Of a DNA stretch of 60,000 bases, positions 41,952 through 54,268 are shown one piece after another (the first letter of the stretch is position 1; every line of letters starts with the position of its first letter). The notes beneath the pieces were generated by a model. That model was not told the DNA's origin, made no database searches, and saw only the letters and a list, made by a program, of their open reading frames with translations. The position numbers and the translations under genes are program-made. This DNA is from Laetmonice hystrix (lineage: Eukaryota), in contig OZ249436.1 of NCBI GenBank assembly GCA_965235115.1, forward strand, positions 27,530,001 through 27,590,000. The letters are read 5' to 3'.

Positions 41952-42949
41952 CTTGTGGTTTAGCGCGCCTGGTCTGAGATGTCAATTCCCCCTCGAGACC
42001 ATTCTCACGTTACACGCGGTTTTCTGGGCTGCCCATTAAAATAACACAGGTAGGGCCTATACGTTTAGGCCAAATTAAACTCGCTGATATTGTTCTAAGT
42101 ATGATACTTGGAACCAAACTCCATCGCCAGTCGAGTACAGAGACTAAGCACAAACGATTGTGACTTTCAATGTTAAAACGTTCTTATCATAAACGCCTAT
42201 TTCATAAGGACATTTTTGTAAGCGATTAAGGAGAAATCCACGCAAGGCGCCGGGGGGGGGGGGGGGGGGCTGCTCCAAAACATTGAAGGAGCATTGTCCA
42301 GACCCATGACCCAGACCTCAAACCGAACAAGAAGAGGCGTTCAAATAGTCGCATATTTCTAAATAAAAAATATTGGCCTATAGCTGTCCACAGATAGATT
42401 TTCTTCAGTTTAGGCCGAAGTATAGGGCAGCTATAATGCTAGCTGACCGCCTGCTGTGGCTCGATTCACCTGTCCAGACTCTATCCCAAGGGCGGCGGAT
42501 TTGATACAATAAACCACGCATTTGTATCAAATGTTCCCAAAGGAGGAAGGCTATAGGCTTAGGCCTATACCCTGAAGTTGTTCGTTTACAGACCTGCCAA
42601 CCTACAGAGAGAAAGGTTAAAAGTTGATGTCCAAAAAAACCTGGAAATTGGAGGAAAACCTGGAGATGTTTTGGGGAAACCTTGGAGATTACATTATAAA
42701 GCCGATATGAGTGGTGGAGAAACGTCAGTATGGAGCCACTACATTCTACACATGAAGTACACAACTTATAACATACCATCAATTTAATAAATTTAAAATA
42801 TAAACACACTCAAGATTAGTTTGTGTACATAGGTGTACATATACACGAGTTTTCAATTTACCGTGAGAAAATTGTGACATAGGGGGGCCTACCGGTGGGG
42901 GGGGGGGATCAGGTTAAAAACTGGTTATCCCCTGTGAGTTAGATCGAGT

Positions 42950-43243
42950 GAAGGTTATAGGTTTAGGGTTAGTTATATTTGGTTTTAGGGTTAGGGTTGC
43001 TTATTGCATACTTCGGACTAGTGAACCCTAGCTCTTATAGGCCTACTAGTGAACCCTCGGACTAGTGAACCCTATAATTATATACCCTCTAGCTGATATT
43101 TGCGGACATATCCGGATTACTGGACACATCTAGCTGATATTTGCAGATATATCCAGATTATACCGGACATATCTAGCTGATATTTTCGGACATTATATTT
43201 CCTCTCGGACATAACTAGCCGTTCGGACATATCTAGCCGGAGC
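42950..43243. repeat. Unclassified repeat-built element fragment: TTAGGG-like tract plus short internal direct repeats
   Basis: TTTAGGGTTAG and TTTTAGGGTTAGGGTT, then ACTAGTGAACCCT x3, TCTAGCTGATATTT x3 and CGGACATA several times. Confidence 0.6.
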
Positions 43244-43796
43244 AGGCCCTGGCAGCTGCTCACACTCCCCTATCCACGTGCAGCGCTCGTGAATATCGTG
43301 TGCAGTGCCGCGCACCTCGTTTGCAACGCGCAGCGAGCTTGACGTCCGCGCAGACATGGCGCGTGAAAGTAGGTCAATGTACATTGCCATCGCGAGAATC
43401 CTGCAATGTCGAGTCGTCAGCGGGAAAGGCGATCATAGGAAGCCATCATGATGACGTAGGCCATTATGTAGGCCTAGGCCTATGTCTTGCAGGCCAAGTA
43501 ATGTGCATGCACCCTGTGTCTGTCACACTGTACATTCTCTGGGTGTAGGCCTATGTCTGGGTGTGCGCATGGAAAGAAGTAGGGCCTATATCTACTAGCC
43601 TATATTATTGTAATTGTAACATTTAGCCTACTAGGCCTACATTAATTTACAAGCCGTAGCCGTAGGCGAAACAAAGACAACACCGATTTGTAGGCCTATC
43701 ACTAACCGATAATGTAGTAAAGTTATGCCTATATAACCGTTAATGTATCAACCAAGCGATAATTGACAGTTTGTCAAAACTGGGAATATCGACTAG

Positions 43797-43847
43797 ATCT
43801 AATCAACAAGTAGGCCTATCGAATTATTCTATACTCGTTGATCTAAT
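43797..43847. mobile_element. P-superfamily-like footprint (7-bp TSD) carrying a nested GGCCTA insertion
   Basis: ATCTAAT | CAACAAGTA-GGCCTA-TCGAATTATTCTATACTCGTTG | ATCTAAT. Removing GGCCTA leaves a 31-bp near-palindrome (15+1+15, two mismatches). Confidence 0.72.
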
Positions 43848-43855
43848 TTACAAAT

Positions 43856-44382
43856 CAGGGGCGTCGATGGGGGGGGGGGGGGTACCCCCCCCCCCAGCCA
43901 CACCCACCCACCCACCCACACTTTTGCTGGTGGCCTAAAACGGTTAGATCTAAAGGCACCTGAAGTTAGCGTATACCTTTCCTATACGGCCTTTGAAGGT
44001 CAAATGCACAGGGAAAGCAACCGAAAAAATGAACAGAATTCAATGATTATATATTAGAATTTTTTTTATTAATACATAGGCCAAGGCCTAATCATGTACC
44101 GGTAGGCCTATAGGCCAACAAATGAAACGCAAGTAAGGAATTATATCCTGATTGAAGTAGCCTACCTGTTACTATGAACTTTTAGACGTGTTTTTGTTTG
44201 ATTTCAATGACGATGTTGTCCACCTACAAACGTAGTGTAACGCAGTGCAGTAGGTCGATATATTGGGTACTATTTGACAACCCTTTTTACTTTTAGATGT
44301 AACATAAATCTAAGGTGAAAGGTCAAACACATATCAGCCCCCCGCCCCCACTTTGAAATAGGCCTAGGCAGCGACACACCTG
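43856..44382. mobile_element. MITE with CAGG(G/T)G termini and 5-bp TSD
   Basis: CAAAT | CAGGGGCGTCG ... CGACACACCTG | CAAAT. G/C-run subterminal tracts. The right end is locally re-duplicated (44383-44415). Confidence 0.6.
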
Positions 44383-46232
44383 CAAATAGGGTTAGGCAGC
44401 GGCGCACCTGCAAATATGCCTACGCAAATAGGCCTAATCTAAAATTCATAATAAATAATAGCCTATAGGGCCTACTGGGTCAGCCGCCTATAGGCCTAGA
44501 TCATCCAGGCTTTGGTCCTGAAAAATAGGCCTATCTTGGAAAAGATGTCAGCCACTATAGGCCTATTTATGCAGTTCACTGTTATTCGTGCAGTTTTGAT
44601 TATAAATCTTATCTTATGGCTTTCCTTTAATCCTTTGTTGAAAAAGGTCCAGAATTTGAAAATGTGCCCCAGCTGGGCTGGCTAAAAAAGGTCCAGAATG
44701 TGAAATGTGCCCCACCCCAACATTATGGGCTGGCGACGACTTCAAAATACGTTCTCTGACTCGGCTCAGAGCAAAACGCTACCGCTTTTAATTAAAGCAG
44801 CATAAATATACAATGTAATTGTTTCTCATCGACATTGTTAACTATTAACCGCGAAACGTGACGGCCATTCATTCGTCCTAATATAATATCGTACTCTTTG
44901 TAGCATTGTGAACAGATTTGTCACGCTGTTTCAAAACAATTTACTCGATCCATAGAGAATCCGTCTGTCCGTTTTATGATGTCAGAGTCAGAGACATATC
45001 GATGCGTCTACTGACCACAGATCTACGGATGATAAGAAGTTCTTGAAAGTCGATCGGAATGAGACCTTCTTTGGAATTAGATATGATATTGGAAGAAGGA
45101 CTTGAGATATTTTTGAAGGCGGATACAGTCGCCATCAATCAACCAGTGTCTCAATCACAGCCTCGATGACGTTTGATGTATCTCATGCTGCGTTGGCTAC
45201 TCAATCCAACTCCTAGGTCTGCCACCGTCTGGCCCCACAAATGTGAGAAGATGGGCGTATAATTTGGTAAGTAGCCTACTGTAAACAAATCATGTGCATA
45301 GCGCTGCACTGGTTGTGCACGATTCCCTCCACCTCACAATGGCAATGAACTGAGGACCGTGCAAAAAAAACCCACAGAAAACCATTTACTTGTCATTTTT
45401 CAGAGCAAAACCTCCTCCAATGACAATGGAACCCCTGGCCGTATTTTGGGTTGATAAGCTACTTTACCTGTATTAATCTTTACACCCAGCTCTGCTATTT
45501 TGCTAAACTCCTAGACCGAGGTAAGCACACTTTTAAATCAAGCAATTAGCGAGTATCTCATTAACAGTTCAATGACTTTATCGCGCGATGAACCAATGAA
45601 TTTCATTCAAGTTCAATTCAATGCCAGGTCAACAACCAGCCACTGAGCCATGGCATGAGACGTTCGCGTCATGGCGACTAATGACAAGTTTACATCTATA
45701 GGCTACTTATTCTGTATCTATGTGCATTGGACTTCACTTGGTACCGTATGGATCCAGTTGTTTTGTTGTTGACCCTGTGACAGACGGTAAAAATAATACA
45801 TAGGCCTAACAGTCCACTTTTAGTTGTTAAGTAGGCCTAACCATGGACAAACTAGATCTACCTGAGACTGCTAGTGATACTGTCATATCTGAATTTGACT
45901 GACGTTTGACAACTGGGACATAGGCCTATCTATAGTAGGCCTACCAGGTATACATGTTTATAATATAATAATGCACAAGGCGAAAGGAACCTCTAAACTC
46001 TAAACAAGTGCCATTGAACGATCAATACTGGCAAAGCCAAAATGATGATAACAAGATAAATGGGCCTACAAGTAGTACAAAAGATGACAACATGTACTTT
46101 TATTTCTTTCAAGTCTGGGGCGTTGTGCCCTTGAACAAGAATAGTAGAATGGATCCATTCTCTTGCCTTGAGTGCATGTCATGCAGGGAGAATGTAGGCC
46201 TTGAATAGGTGTGGCTATAGTATGTCATTATG

Positions 46233-46569
46233 CAGTGATATAGGAACGGGGGGGGGGCTCTCACGTGTGGGGTTGGGGGGGGGGGGGGGGTGGATGGGTG
46301 GGGGGGGGGGATGTCCTCTTCTAGTCCAAAATTATCATTATTTTATTAAATATCTAGCTATTTATAGCGTTTTAGATTCCAGATTCACACTGGTTCTTTG
46401 AGGACGGACGTTTGACAACTTTGTTTTCGTTTTCTTGTCTTTTTTTTTAATTTTTAAGGGGACCCCCCCCCTCCCCGATCCGGTCCTGACAATATATACA
46501 TGCAGTGTAGTTTGCTTTTTTCTGACCTGCCCTCCCTCTTCCACTTGAAAATTGCTTCCTACATCACTG
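46233..46569. mobile_element. Old MITE (hAT-like CAGTG termini)
   Basis: CAGTGATATAGGAA (46233) vs TTCCTACATCACTG (ends 46569), 13/14 inverted match. No intact TSD. Confidence 0.5.
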
Positions 46570-49500
46570 TTGTGTAAGTTCAGTTCAGTCTTCGGTGACA
46601 CGATATATAGCCTAGGCTATTATTATCTTTGCCGTCTACCCATACCATACTGTAGACTGCAAGAATTTTTTGTTTTGTTTTTAGACTGCAAGTATTGATT
46701 ATGTTTCTCCAGTTAAGATCAAATATTCATCTTATTATTTATCAAATTAAGCTAATATGCATAACAACATTCCCAAAATGACACATTCTTGCATATTTTC
46801 TGAGCAGAAAATGATTGCTGATATTGCTGATTCCATGTTGCCCCCTCCCTGTACGTAGCTTCAGAGCCCGTTAGAATGGTAGAGCTCTACTGTGCCTGGC
46901 GCTCGGATGGGTGAGCACGATTTTCCAGCTCACTGTTAAAGGGCCGGTCGTACTATCATCATTCAGTCAATGTTCTCTTTCAACATCTGGTTTTAAACTT
47001 GGCACGAATAAGACTCACTCAGTACAAGGTCCCAGCTTGGACGATTTATAATAAGTCAAAGGGCTGAGCGAATGTGCAAAGATTGGTATGCGACGCTTTG
47101 CGATTTATAACCACTGTTTGCCGAACAGTTCAGAACATTTTTAGCTACACACAACGGAAACAAAATGGGTCGTTTTTGTTTGAAGATAACTGTTTCTGAG
47201 ACATTCCCCCTATTTACGTAATGGGTTTGTATACTAGTAATTATGTGGATATTATTTCACCAGTACCGGTAGACAATTTTAATATACATCTGTAGTATAT
47301 AGTGTGTTCACTCTCTACTTGCAATGTATGCGATTGGGATCACGTAGTGCAGATAGCCTATCGGCGTTATTCGCGAGGCTTAAATTTAATAGAAGAGTAT
47401 ATTTACGTTCAATGAGCAGTTAGCGCACAAGAATATATCTTGTACGAATAGATGACGAGTCATTTTGTAAACCTTCCAACTATAAACAGTATTGTCATCA
47501 AGGAGCGCGAGATATGTGGAATGAATTAGGCCACTTTGTTGTCGACATTCTGTGCGTTGAAATTTACATTGTGTGCATACAAGATACAGGCCAAGGTTAT
47601 ACAGTACACTCGGTTTATCAGAAATGGAGCTTAAATAATCACAACTTAGACTTTGGTACATAAGCTAAAGCAATAGAGGGACTATTAGCACTGATAGAGA
47701 ATCTAGTGAAACATGAGGAGCAATATTGATGTCGCCATTTTTACATGCTGGTCAGGAAGGAAAGGTTACTGTATGAGAGAGGAAAGATTTTTTAAAGAAA
47801 TGAATGTTCCCCAGACTGAAAATGATTTAGACTTATCAGAGACAAACTTCTATAATAAGATATGAGCAGCATAATGTTTCTTGAATTACCAATAATATTA
47901 TCCTCATCTGAAAATTATGATGCCGGAATTAATAAAAATGTTCCAAATTTTGCATCAGAACAACCGATGACAATTACTCCATACGTAAAAAGTGGGATTG
48001 GGGAGGCCAAATATGATATGGATGTATACGTACTCGATGACTTCTCTGTATCATGTCACCAAACAGATGGGATGTCCTGGACCACAGACTTGGTCTGTGA
48101 TCCCCTGCCCCCCCTCCTCTTCGCCAGCCCCCCCCCCCTGCCTGAGGTGGCCCATTTGAAGACGGTCTTAAAGGACCGACTGGCTTCCATGCATGCCGAA
48201 CATTTAGAGGAATCCTGCCCACCGAGGTCAAGATTTATCCAGATATTGTGCCAACGTTACATTGAGAATGATCTGAGTTGAAATGAAACTAGTAAACTCC
48301 TTTAAACAGCCTTTCATCAAATCTAAAATCTTTGGGGTCTACCTCTGATGCTAAAGAAAAGTTACCTTCAATAACTCAGTTCATTTTGTCGAACTGAAAT
48401 TGAATAATGCAAAAAACATACTTGTTTTAAAATTTTGTTGGTCATGAAAAATGAATCTAAATCATAGTGGCAAATAAGGAAATGCTAACATGATCATTTT
48501 TGACATCGTGGCAAACTGCATGCCTTTTGGGAAAGTGTGCATGGACAAAATGCCCGTCGGCAAACTGTCCTTTGGTCTGTACCTGAGGTCCATCGAGAAA
48601 ATGTCTGGATATCATTTTCTAAGGCAGGTAAAGCTACATTTCTTTTTATGTATTGGATCCTTGATGAAATCATCTCCTTGTACATATCTGGTGCAGACGT
48701 GTACATGCCAGGCAGCTTGTCGGTTTTGAATGTCGCTAGACTGAGGAGGTCCATTTTGAGACTGAAGAGATGGTAGCATTCAAGACAAACCTAGTAAACT
48801 CAGTGGGTAGTTTGTGTTGTGTGTGTGTATGATAGTCTGACTGCGATTTTACCGGTTACTTTACACTTTCGTCGGGTCGGGTTAAGTCACGCTGAGGGCA
48901 GATTTTCCCGGGCGAGATGTGAACGCGTTTAGCCCTGGGTATAACTTAGCACAGATGGGCGGTTACCTCGGCCAGAACTCGGCGGACAAGTTGATGTTTA
49001 ACCTTGTAGAAGAAGAGAGACCCACTTCTATATTATTACTCAAGGCTGATTATCTATTTAAGGTACTGCTAAACTAAAAACACATTTTGGCTGTTTGTAT
49101 CTGATACTTGTTTATCAACTTTAAATGTGTTTATGCAGATGTGCCAAACATTAAGATCACGTCTAATCATTCGGATTTGAGGCTAGTGGCAACGATACGA
49201 CGATCTGTGTGACAAAAATTATGTTTCCTTGTATTCACATTATTCTACACTTGCCACAAATTTACCTTACTCTTCAAAACTGTAAGGCAGATTTCGCGTT
49301 CGAAAAGCATATTCAGGTAATCATTTGCCCAAAACTTAAAGAGATGCTTTGTTTAAAGCACCATTTCACTCCTAGTTTTAAAAAATATTTCAGGGGGAGC
49401 ATGCCCCAGGACCCCCCCCCCCCCTATAAATTTTGCGCCTATGGCTCTCGTTACAGCTGCTTTACCGCTGCATCAGTAGGATTTCACATCCTCAAAGGTT

Positions 49501-51059
49501 GGTACCTCAACAAATATGTGTTTATTTACCATTTTAGAAGCTACCATGTACCTCGATCTTGCTATAATCTCCTATTGAGTGAGAAAAATTGTTTCTATAT
49601 ATTCCTATAATTTTGGTTTGAAAATTACTATATTGCTATAATAATATTTTTTGTGTAAACGGCTGGGCACCCTGCATTATGAATATGGTTGGGATCTATA
49701 CCTTCGGAAAACGGTGTCTCATTGAACCCTTCCTTGTACATTTAGGAGTCCTACCTTAATATACATGTACCTACAATGTATATTCAACACTGATATTATA
49801 GATATTCTGACTAGATATCATATGTTCACTCGCATTATTGAAATATTACCTATAGCCCAGAGGGTTACATTCTGTCTTACACATAGTCCGATATGCGAGC
49901 TTTCTGTTTGCTGTCTACAGTTATTTACAAAACGAACATGTTGGACAGCCCAAAGCAGATTTATGGCATGTACTAGAGTGGCAATATTGGCAATCCATAA
50001 AGAAGTGGCAAGGGTGTTTGTTTACATGTGTTACAAGTCTGACAGCTCGGTGTATGTTGATGTAGTCATACAAACACAGGTGGAACTCTGAGGAGGTCTG
50101 AGTCGTCAGAAGAAAACACCATAGGGGTATGGAGCTGAAACTCGAGTCAGCCTGCCAGTGAGTGGCATGATGTACAATTTGCAAGAAGCAAAACGGAAGT
50201 ATTGCAGTTCCTTCATAGTCCGTTCACGCATGGATATCTTTCCAGCAGAAAAACCTTCCAAATATTTTATAACTGATGTTGTTCTAAAAACTGTTTGTTG
50301 GCAATGAATGTTTTAAATATACCTCAGATCTAAGGACTTGGCCCTATAATATCCATGTCAATAAATGAATGGCTTTTAGATGAATGCCTTTGTTCAGCAA
50401 TGACCCTCCCAATACGTTTAACCTAGGATAAACGCACCGGCGATATTTTTAACCTAGGTTTAACATACCCCGGGGGTAACTTAAAGCCGCTTTCAAAGTA
50501 CCCCCCATCAGGTTCAATTTCCCTCAATAGAAACGTCTAAACCATTATTGGTATATCCTAACTTGGTTACATTAGGGATACAGTGTCTAGAATGTGAAAG
50601 ATTGGTGAAGTAGATTAAGATTTGACAGTACATTGTAAACGGTGTATTCAGAATCCTAAGAGAGTAATATTACCCGTTGTTGATCCGGGCCATGGGACTA
50701 GTCCCTGGGCAAAAGATCCATGGAGACGCAGATTTTCAATGCATTAATTTTCTTCCATTAAATAAAGTGTTATCTAAACAAGTCAATCCGACAACCTTCA
50801 AAATTCAGTATATTGAAATTAAATCTGATAAACCTAGTCCTACCACTATCTTAAATGTCTTTTCCTGAAAAAGGTTAACTAACTGAGTATACTTAATTAA
50901 GATGCCAATTTCAATGGGCGAGGAGCTTCTTTATTTCTGTTATATCTGATAGTTTTTCCAACTGAAATAATGTTGTAAGAGTGAAAGCTTGGGTTTTGTA
51001 GTGAATACTTTTTTCGTTAGTGAATTCCCCAACCCATCAATTATCGCTACTTCTCCATT

Positions 51060-51260
51060 ATGCCTGTAAGTGATGTAAGAACTTTATAATGAATGGGCAG
51101 CATCCTTTTATAAGCAGCTGTGGCCTCAAGGCAATAAATGCATTATTGAAATCAATGAAAGGCCCAAAATATGTAGCTGCTCTTGTTAAATATGTATTAG
51201 AGCTGTATATCTGGTTTATCTTGGTATTTCTATGCATACCGGCCCCTCTCATAACATCAT
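51060..51260 (-). mobile_element. Decayed LINE RT fragment (Rex/Babar- or L2-like)
   Basis: Minus ORF contains FIDFNNAFIALRPQLLIK...PFIIKFL, resembling FIDFSSAFNTI.PQLL..KL...P.I..WI..FL. Confidence 0.45.
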
Positions 51261-52465
51261 AATATTCCTATACATATGATAATGACAAAGATTCGCTAAA
51301 CAAGGACATCATTAATTTTGTGCCCATGGCAACGTGCGTGGTCCGAAACTCTTTATTCAGCCAGCTCGCTCTCTTTGGCTTCGAAACATCTGTTGCACAA
51401 AAATGCTTGTTTCAAGTCACTATCAGAGCTCATTGGAAAAACTATGAAGCCATGCATCTCCGTAGTTCTAATGATCAGGCGGGATGGAGATTTATTTCAG
51501 AGCAATGTTCACATGACACTGGCTGCCTGTCATTAACTTTTTGTGAGGCATTGCTTATAGAGTTTGCTAATGATAGGAATATCAATATGTGATTGATATT
51601 CAAATGAAGGGTTATGATAAATGCTGATAGAAATGATACACATTCCTTAAAATTAATACAAATGCGAAAATGCAATGCTGGAGCTGTAATAAAAGTGCTC
51701 GCCGCTTGACATTGCCATCGGATGGAAATGTTTAGAAGAAAAAACTCGATAAAGCACAGCGTATTGAGTCTCACAAGTGTGCATTTCGTTGATAGAGGAA
51801 TGAAAATGTTACTGATAGCAATGATGTTTTGAGGGAGGTAATTCTCTTTAACCAGTGTTTTGAAAGTCCGTTAAATTAAATGATGGATGCGCCATGCACA
51901 CAGAGGTTACGGAGGTGTAGGCCCACTTCAAACCCTAGAAAAGATGACCCACATGGGTATCCCCACATGAGCTGGTTACGTAAGCTCAGCCGCAGAACAA
52001 CTGCCAGCCATGTAGAGGTGTACGTGAAGCCACTCTGTACGAGTGAAGCAGCGGGTACGACAAGTGGACGCTTCTTCAACTCTATGAGAAAACTTATAAT
52101 ACACATTAAATGACTATTACTATATTTTAATCTAATTTAAGTTGTGGATCAGTTTTAGTTTGTCTATAATGCATGTGCGGATCAGATATAAACGAGCTAT
52201 GACTCCATGTTCCAAACACGGTGAAAAGGTGCTGACTTACTGTCTCCTTTCTTTATTCTCCGAAACAATTTGATTCTAATATTACCAATATAATATGTAA
52301 TTGATCGGACTACGTATTTATATACATCGGGCAAACCAAGGAAAGTTGAGCTGACCGATTATAAATTTAATCGGTTAATGCATATAGACAATACACATAT
52401 AAAGTAACATAGGCCTGAGATGTTCCTAATAATAAAAAATTAATGGTAAATTGTAACATGAGTGG

Positions 52466-52506
52466 CTCTGACCAACGAGTATTTATTCTATACTCGTTGC
52501 TCTGAC
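52466..52506. mobile_element. P-superfamily-like footprint (27-bp core, 7-bp TSD)
   Basis: CTCTGAC | CAACGAGTATTTATTCTATACTCGTTG | CTCTGAC. Confidence 0.72.
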
Positions 52507-54227
52507 ACATCACGAACTCTGAGAAAGAATTAATTCAATAATGATGTATCAAATGAATGTTCATAAGTTCACTAAATCTGAATGTAAAGTTTTTTCCAAT
52601 ATACATTACATAGATTGAATATAGGCTACAATATGTATGTGTATACATCAGACATGTAATTGAAGCATTTTCTCCAGCAACAGTATTATGATAGGCGCAC
52701 AGTTGCTCAAACAGAGGGTCAGTTTATCGGTAAGAATCACATGGAGAGATTTACGATTTGCCTCTAAGCAGGCCATTAAAAGAATGTGCTCGGAGCTGGT
52801 TGCCTCGGGCAATTCATGATCGTCTTTGTTATGTCAAAGATTGAAGTAGTTTTATTTCTCAGTTTCAGTTGTTATTGGCTAGCAAACATTCCACAACGAA
52901 TAGTAATTAGTTAATTTGACCTATACAAAGTGATGATACGTCTGTTTGTAAATTTTCGAGCCTGAGATTGTAGGTTTTAAACAAAACAGCTTGTAAACAA
53001 ACCATTCGCAATCCGTTAGGTCTGAGGGTGCCCTATGACTTCTGTAGATAGCTGGATGTCAAGCATACTTAAGCACAAACCCAACAATGGAGGCTGAATC
53101 CGTATGCGTGTTGCTTCAGATGCTTTAAAACCCCCTAAGCAGTGTTCACGCATTTCACAGTCTGCGAGTGCTTCATTGTGGCCGGGGCCGGCGTGGAGAC
53201 GACATGGTGCCCGTGGTAACAAGAATCATTTGGGCTTGGCCTGCATCCTCTGTGTGTTAGGAGTGTGGCGAAAATGTGCCACGCACAAAGAACTATTGTA
53301 TTGTGGGGATAGCATGGCCACAATGATGCTTTGTTATGCGCCATGCTCAGTGTGAAGTGCTAACTGATTAGTGCAGAACAACAGGGAGGTTAATTTACAG
53401 ATTCACCGCAGATATAAACCTATTCCCCCATCTGCCCTCCTCCCCCTCCCCTCCCCCTCCCCCACCCCCTGTTTTCCCATGATGTGTTCAAAGTGGGTCA
53501 GCACCTATCATAATGGCCATGTTGCCCCAGTAACACGTTGGTGGTCTTGGTGGCATTACATAAAGGCAGGTTGAACAGGTGTGTTGTCACAGGTGGTGGT
53601 CAGTGACACCGCCCTGCTGCTTGGAGTTCAGTGGACAATAAATTGACGTTCAAGTATTCAAGGAAACTATAGCAAGGAGTTGACAGGCAGTCCGATAAAT
53701 AATGATAAATATATACACCAGTGTACCTCTTGTACATACATAGACTTTCATTGGTCGGGTGATTGATCATGTATAGGCAACTTGTATCGTAAAATTAAGA
53801 TCTACGTTCGGTTTGATTCTAAGAACTATGACTGTTCGTCATATTTGGCTCAAGGGGTGATGTAGCTAGAAATGCATGAGAGTAAAATGACACTTTATAA
53901 TGACCCATAGACGTCTGAGCTGCCACCAATGAAGAATGTGGAGTGATTTGAATAAGAGTTCTATATCTACATGAAACCTATCGCTGAATGAGTGTTACCG
54001 AGTTACGAACATAAATCTACATCATCATCTCAATTTACATGACTGGGGAAACCTGATCAAGAATCCTTATCGTAGACGTAGTCAACTCTTCTCATATCGT
54101 AGTTGTCGCCTTTTGAGACCACCACCTTTGACATTTTATAATTGCCGCAGCTGTTTTAGGTGCCAATATTGTTTTAAAGCTATAACACGTTCTTCCATAC
54201 TAAAGTCTGGCCAACAGATTCTTAAAC

Positions 54228-54268
54228 CAACGAGTATAGAATAATCGTAATGCGTTCTAGACTGCATG
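54228..54268. mobile_element. Fourth copy of the CAACGAGTATAGAATAA end, with a degenerate opposite end
   Basis: CTTAAAC | CAACGAGTATAGAATAAT...TTCTAGACTGCATG. The left end matches the family consensus. The right end and TSD are degenerate. Confidence 0.5.

Noticed and set aside
42962..42998. Interstitial telomere (TTAGGG)
   Set aside because: Only a few units, embedded in a repeat-built element fragment.
42589..49510. One large hAT-like element from CAGACCTGCCAACC (42589) to AGGTTGGTACCTC (about 49500)
   Set aside because: The ends are not good reverse complements and there is no TSD; more likely separate MITE fragments.
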